A stretch of 64,000 nucleotides of DNA from Ignavibacteriota bacterium (lineage in GTDB: Bacteria; Bacteroidota; Ignavibacteria; UBA10030; CAVZMI01), in assembly GCA_963835935.1 (NCBI GenBank), contig CAWIHK010000005.1, positions 459,166 to 523,165 on the forward strand. The letters run 5' to 3'. Shown here one piece after another: positions 59,866 to 64,000 of the stretch. The translations under genes and the position numbers were made by a program. The number at the start of each line of letters is the position of its first letter. The stretch's first letter is position 1. The notes below the pieces were generated by a model. That model was not told where the DNA came from. It searched no databases and worked only from the letters and a program-made list of their open reading frames with translations.

Positions 59866-60384
59866 CTACGCAGGTTTTACTTTACCGTTATTCCCGGAAA
59901 TTTTTTTCCCGTACAATTTTCCCATGCAATCCGGACAAATACCGTGCGTCATATTCGGGGCTCCCATTTCGGATAGGTATCTTTCAATCGGCAGCCAGCG
60001 GTTGTCGGTCGTTCTGAATCTTTTACAATTCGAACAGAGTGGAAGCAATCCTTCCATCTCGACAATGCGTTTCATCTCTTTCTGTTGGAATCTGATAATT
60101 GATATAAATCCAAAAATGAGCATTGCCGCGCCGATAGCATCGGCAAGATTTCCATTGATTGTGAATATTTGATCGAGTTGTTCCGGTCTAAGACCGGCGA
60201 TGTGAGACAATCGAATATTGGGATGTTCACCCAGCATGTCCGATATTCGTCCAATGCCAATTAAAATTATCGCCGGTATAAGCGGGCGCAAGGAAAAAAA
60301 TCGATTACGTTCACGCCATAATAATATCAACGAACCGAGAAGAAAAAGAAAAGCCGCGAGATCGAGAGAGAAAATAATATTCAT
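59866..60384 (-). CDS. Membrane protein with a C-terminal zinc-ribbon-like tail (CSNCKRF...CPDC).
   Basis: 3-4 TM helices and four C-terminal Cys. Confidence 0.4.
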   Translation of the reverse strand: MNIIFSLDLAAFLFLLGSLILLWRERNRFFSLRPLIPAIILIGIGRISDMLGEHPNIRLSHIAGLRPEQLDQIFTINGNLADAIGAAMLIFGFISIIRFQQKEMKRIVEMEGLLPLCSNCKRFRTTDNRWLPIERYLSEMGAPNMTHGICPDCMGKLYGKKISGNNGKVKPA

Positions 60385-60699
60385 AAATGATACCTCATCA
60401 TATACTACTTATGATTCGAGCTTCGGGAACACTGACGCAGACATATAGAATGTAACCGATTCCAAATATTGGACGAACCGAATAGATAATAAGTTTAATG
60501 AATGAGAATTAAAAGAGCGGTACTAAGAACATGCTAAGCAGAATATAGTGACCGGCGACGAAATATAGAATCGCTATTTCAGAGGCATTCACAGTATTTT
60601 ATCGGGAAAGATTGAACGTCATACCGGCAGCGAAAATCAACATGAAGACAAAAAAGATACTTTAAATATGACTTAACTTATGCAAAAAATATATTTAAT

Positions 60700-61503
60700 T
60701 TATTTCTTCCAACCAACTCCTTTGAAGAAGGTATAACAAAATGTACCGTCGGATTGAGTCGTACGATAAAGATCTTTGATTCCCTGTCTCCATGTATTTT
60801 CATCGATGAGATTGTTCTCCAACGCAGAATGTTCAACTCCTTCAATCATTGCTGTAAAAGTATTCTTTATGAACCCTTCAACAAACGCAGGCCTGCTTGC
60901 ATCAACATAAACCATGCGAGGCGAGATAACACAATTTGAATATCCACTTTCGACCAGAAGCGGAAATAATCGTCTTCCAATCAACGCATCGCCGCCTTGG
61001 CGGGCTTGTAGTTCAACCTGACATCCGATTGCCCGGTTGGCTGCTTCACTCGGCGGATAAAAATAGGCCGAACCGTGATCGCCTTCGATAAGAGTGATGC
61101 TACCTCCTCTTTTCAAGACACGCGCTAACGCACGCAATGCATTGGCTGGATATGGGAGATGTTCTAGTACAAAACAAATAAAAATGTGATCGAATGATTC
61201 GTCGTCGAATGGTAAGTGGAAAATATCGGCTGTTTGGAATTGCACGTTCCGCAAGCCGAGTTCGAGCACACGTAATTTTGCCTGCGCAACGGATTCTGGT
61301 GATATGTCAATCGATATGAAATTGACTTCGGAATTCTTGGGAGCGATTATGCATGTTTGTGCGCCGACTCCGCACCCGGCTTCGAGCACAGTCGATCCTG
61401 GCGGAAAAATTGTATCGTGATGGAGCAATTCGTCGAGGCATTGGGCTTGATCGTCAAGTCTGCTCGCTTCGCGTTCAGAATAACCGTGAACATAATCTTT
61501 CAT
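60700..61503 (-). CDS. Class I SAM-dependent methyltransferase (Methyltransf_11-like). The likely start is MKDYVHGYSEREASRL.
   Basis: VLEAGCGVGAQT motif I, and the YSEREASRL N-terminal pattern of the UbiE/ArsM-like clade. Confidence 0.7.
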   Translation of the reverse strand: MKDYVHGYSEREASRLDDQAQCLDELLHHDTIFPPGSTVLEAGCGVGAQTCIIAPKNSEVNFISIDISPESVAQAKLRVLELGLRNVQFQTADIFHLPFDDESFDHIFICFVLEHLPYPANALRALARVLKRGGSITLIEGDHGSAYFYPPSEAANRAIGCQVELQARQGGDALIGRRLFPLLVESGYSNCVISPRMVYVDASRPAFVEGFIKNTFTAMIEGVEHSALENNLIDENTWRQGIKDLYRTTQSDGTFCYTFFKGVGWKK

Positions 61504-61573
61504 AGATAAAAAGATAATGTGTGCGCCGGATAAGTGCAAGAAAAAACGCCAATCCGGGTTCAGTCCAAAACAA

Positions 61574-64000
61574 TTATTTTTCAGCGAACCGCGACAACAG
61601 TGATAATAACGTATCGGCACGATACGGTTTTTGAATGAACCCCACCAATCCGAGGTCGTGAAACTCCTCCGTTGCTTCTTCCTCCGTGTATCCCGATGAA
61701 AGAATAATCCTGACGTCGGGATTGATTGACTTCAATTGCAAGAATGTATCCTTACCGCTCATACCCGGCATAGATAGATCGAGAATTATGAAATCGATTC
61801 GTGTCGAGTATTTCTTGAACAACTCTATTCCAGTTGTTCCATCAGGCGTTGTGATAGCAGAATTTCCGGCCGATTCCAGAATGTCTTTGACGATTTCCCG
61901 GACTGGTTCTTCATCATCGATCACCAGAACAGTTTTTTGGGTGAAACTAAGAGGCACATTCATACCCGGTTCCGATCTTTGCTCGATCGATTTGCCATGA
62001 TAGGGCAGAATGATTCTAAAAGTTGATCCTTTTCCTATTTCACTTTCGACTTGCAAACCGCCTTTATGCCCGCGAACAATTCCGAGCACTGCTGCGAGTC
62101 CAAGTCCGCGACCGGTAAATTTTGTGGTGAAGAACGGATCGAATATTTTTGATTTTGTCTCAATTGACATTCCGGAACCATCATCACTCACTTCCAACAA
62201 TGCATATGTGCCAGTCTCTATAGCATTATCCGGCGGGAACCAACCTGCCGTATCGTTCTCGTCAAGTGTAGTGATGCTGGTGGATACAGCTACAGTTCCC
62301 GGCCGTTTGCCGATTGCTTCCGATGCATTGATAATCAAATTCATTGTAATTTGTTGAATCTGTGCCGCATCGGCATGAATATTTACCGGTTCAGCATACA
62401 ACCGTGATTCCAGCCTGACATTTTTCGGGATAGATAATTCGAACAGGTGTAAGTTTTCATGAATGAGTTTGTTGATATCTAACGGTTTGATGTCGAACTT
62501 GCCTCTGCCTGAATAAGCCAGGAGCTGTTGCGTTAGGTTTGCAGCACGCTCGGCCGCTGTCATTGCTTTATCGATATTGCTGCGCGCCGGATTCTCTTCA
62601 GGAAGCTTACTTGCTGCGAGCGAAGTTTGCCCGAGAATTGCATTCAGCAGATTATTGAAATCGTGCGCTATGCCGCCTGCCAGAATTCCAATGCTCTCCA
62701 TTTTTTGTGCTTGCCATAAAGCTGTCTCGACAGCTTTTCGATCTGTGAGATCACGGAAAACGCCTAAGTTATTTTTGAAGATTCCATTGGCATCGAATTG
62801 AGGAGTTACCGTTACAACAAGATTGCGTTTTTCGCCATTTGGATGTTCAATATCAAGATCGATTGATTTTTTCGCATGGTGCACATCAGTGAAGTAATGG
62901 ATTAATTCTATTTGGTCAGATGAAATAAATTCGGATATTTTTCTCCCGTTTAATTCAACTCCGAATATTTCTTCCATTGCAGGATTCGTAAATAAAAATG
63001 ATCCATCAGCATCGACAATCGCGATTCCCTCACCCATACTTGTGATTAATGTGCGGAAGCGTTCTTCGCTTTCACGCAAAGCTTTTTCTGTCGCTACTCG
63101 CTCGGTAATATCACGAGAAATTCCGAGTATCGAAGTAATCTGTTGTAAAGAGTCTGGCAAAGGCACAAGCCATGTTCCCAGCCAAAAAACCTTATCCTTA
63201 AATCGTGAAGGCTTTTCGACATATAAAGGCTTGCCACTTTTAAAAACAGAAGTTATTGATTCTATTTGTCCCCGTCCAATTTCCGATGGGAAAATATCAA
63301 CCATTCGTCGACCAACTAACTCCAACGATGTAAGATCAAATTGACTTGCAGCAAAGTTGTTGGTGTATTCAATAATTCCTTTTTTGTTAATAACAAATAT
63401 CATATCATGTGAAGCTTCAGCAAGCAATCTGTATCGTGATTCACTTTCTCGCAAGGCATCTTCGGCTATCTTTCGTGTAGTAATATTTGTGGTTATTCCC
63501 ACCATGCCGGTAATTTCACCATCTTTATCACGGAGCGGTATTTTTGAGACAAGAATCCAGCTTTTCTTGCCGGCGGTATCGAAACCAATTTCTTCTTGGT
63601 TCAGTATCTCCAGGCCTTTCTCTACTACACGCCGATCATCGATGAAAAATTTTTCTGCCAATTCTTTTGGATAGATGTCAAAGTCAGTTTTCCCAAGAAT
63701 ATCCATTTCCGGATTCAAACCTAAAAGGCCGAGATGGATTGAAACCGCTTGCATGTGTGCCTTGTTAACCAGAGTCTTTCGATATTCCTTATCTTTTATA
63801 AAAACACCGCTTGGTAAATTATCGATCAACGTTCTGAGGAGGATGCGCTCTCGTTCTCTGGCTTTTTCCGCTAGCTCCATCTCTGTGATGTCGCTGACAA
63901 AGTTGAGAGTTGCAGCTTCCCCTTCCCAGTCTATCAACACTGTGTTCAAATCCAAACTTCGAACCACACCATCTTTCCGTATGACGCGGAAAGTATAATT
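61574..64000 (-). CDS. Hybrid sensor histidine kinase with multiple PAS/PAC domains and a C-terminal receiver domain. The 5' end lies beyond the window.
   Basis: HisKA H-box (IAHDFNNLLNAILG), HATPase G-boxes (GRGLGLAAV), REC (VLVIDDEEPVREI...ILDLSMPGMSG). The ORF is open to the window end. Confidence 0.8.
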   Translation of the reverse strand, partial: NYTFRVIRKDGVVRSLDLNTVLIDWEGEAATLNFVSDITEMELAEKARERERILLRTLIDNLPSGVFIKDKEYRKTLVNKAHMQAVSIHLGLLGLNPEMDILGKTDFDIYPKELAEKFFIDDRRVVEKGLEILNQEEIGFDTAGKKSWILVSKIPLRDKDGEITGMVGITTNITTRKIAEDALRESESRYRLLAEASHDMIFVINKKGIIEYTNNFAASQFDLTSLELVGRRMVDIFPSEIGRGQIESITSVFKSGKPLYVEKPSRFKDKVFWLGTWLVPLPDSLQQITSILGISRDITERVATEKALRESEERFRTLITSMGEGIAIVDADGSFLFTNPAMEEIFGVELNGRKISEFISSDQIELIHYFTDVHHAKKSIDLDIEHPNGEKRNLVVTVTPQFDANGIFKNNLGVFRDLTDRKAVETALWQAQKMESIGILAGGIAHDFNNLLNAILGQTSLAASKLPEENPARSNIDKAMTAAERAANLTQQLLAYSGRGKFDIKPLDINKLIHENLHLFELSIPKNVRLESRLYAEPVNIHADAAQIQQITMNLIINASEAIGKRPGTVAVSTSITTLDENDTAGWFPPDNAIETGTYALLEVSDDGSGMSIETKSKIFDPFFTTKFTGRGLGLAAVLGIVRGHKGGLQVESEIGKGSTFRIILPYHGKSIEQRSEPGMNVPLSFTQKTVLVIDDEEPVREIVKDILESAGNSAITTPDGTTGIELFKKYSTRIDFIILDLSMPGMSGKDTFLQLKSINPDVRIILSSGYTEEEATEEFHDLGLVGFIQKPYRADTLLSLLSRFAEK

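Overview
This 64 kb window looks like a chromosomal segment from an FCB-group bacterium, possibly Ignavibacteria-like. The evidence is consistent use of AAGGAG-type Shine-Dalgarno sites and a protein carrying a T9SS C-terminal sorting domain. The window contains the following, in order.

1. A 5'-truncated gene for a secreted protein built from six tandem repeats of about 74 aa.
2. An IS4/IS231-like insertion sequence, 2252-3864, with perfect 13-bp terminal inverted repeats. Its transposase is split by a frameshift in an A8 tract.
3. A T9SS-substrate gene, trxA, and a methyl-accepting chemotaxis protein (MCP) chemoreceptor with an unusual cytoplasmic periplasmic-binding-protein (PBP)-like sensor.
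4. A complete division/cell-wall (dcw) cluster, 9.0-26.4 kb, on the plus strand: mraZ-rsmH-ftsL-ftsI-murE-murF-mraY-murD-ftsW-murG-(extra PH-domain membrane gene)-murC-ftsQ-ftsA-ftsZ. Putative MraZ operator repeats lie upstream, and murD is apparently frameshifted.
5. An AT-rich islet of about 3.8 kb, 26.4-30.2 kb, directly after ftsZ. It holds a translationally coupled three-gene operon (unknown 175 aa; unknown 476 aa with an HExxH motif; a dCTP-deaminase/dUTPase-fold protein) plus two paralogous small lipoproteins. This is the best candidate for an undescribed system, possibly a nucleotide-depletion defence module.
6. A DinB-like gene, panE, a decayed hicB antitoxin, and a glycan-utilisation set (GH3, outer-membrane beta-barrel, GH42-like).
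7. A redox locus of about 16 kb: two EtfAB pairs, each next to a membrane-bound heme-b/Fe-S/CCG oxidoreductase (an Etf:quinone oxidoreductase (EMO)-like fusion resembling HdrE plus HdrD). With them are a soluble HdrD-like protein, HdrA, a group-3c [NiFe] hydrogenase (mvhD-mvhG-mvhA), a hydrogenase maturation protease, and an interposed secreted papain-like peptidase.
8. GNAT acetyltransferases, SAM methyltransferases, an O-antigen-ligase-like membrane protein and a partial hybrid PAS histidine kinase.

No rRNA, tRNA or CRISPR arrays were recognised.
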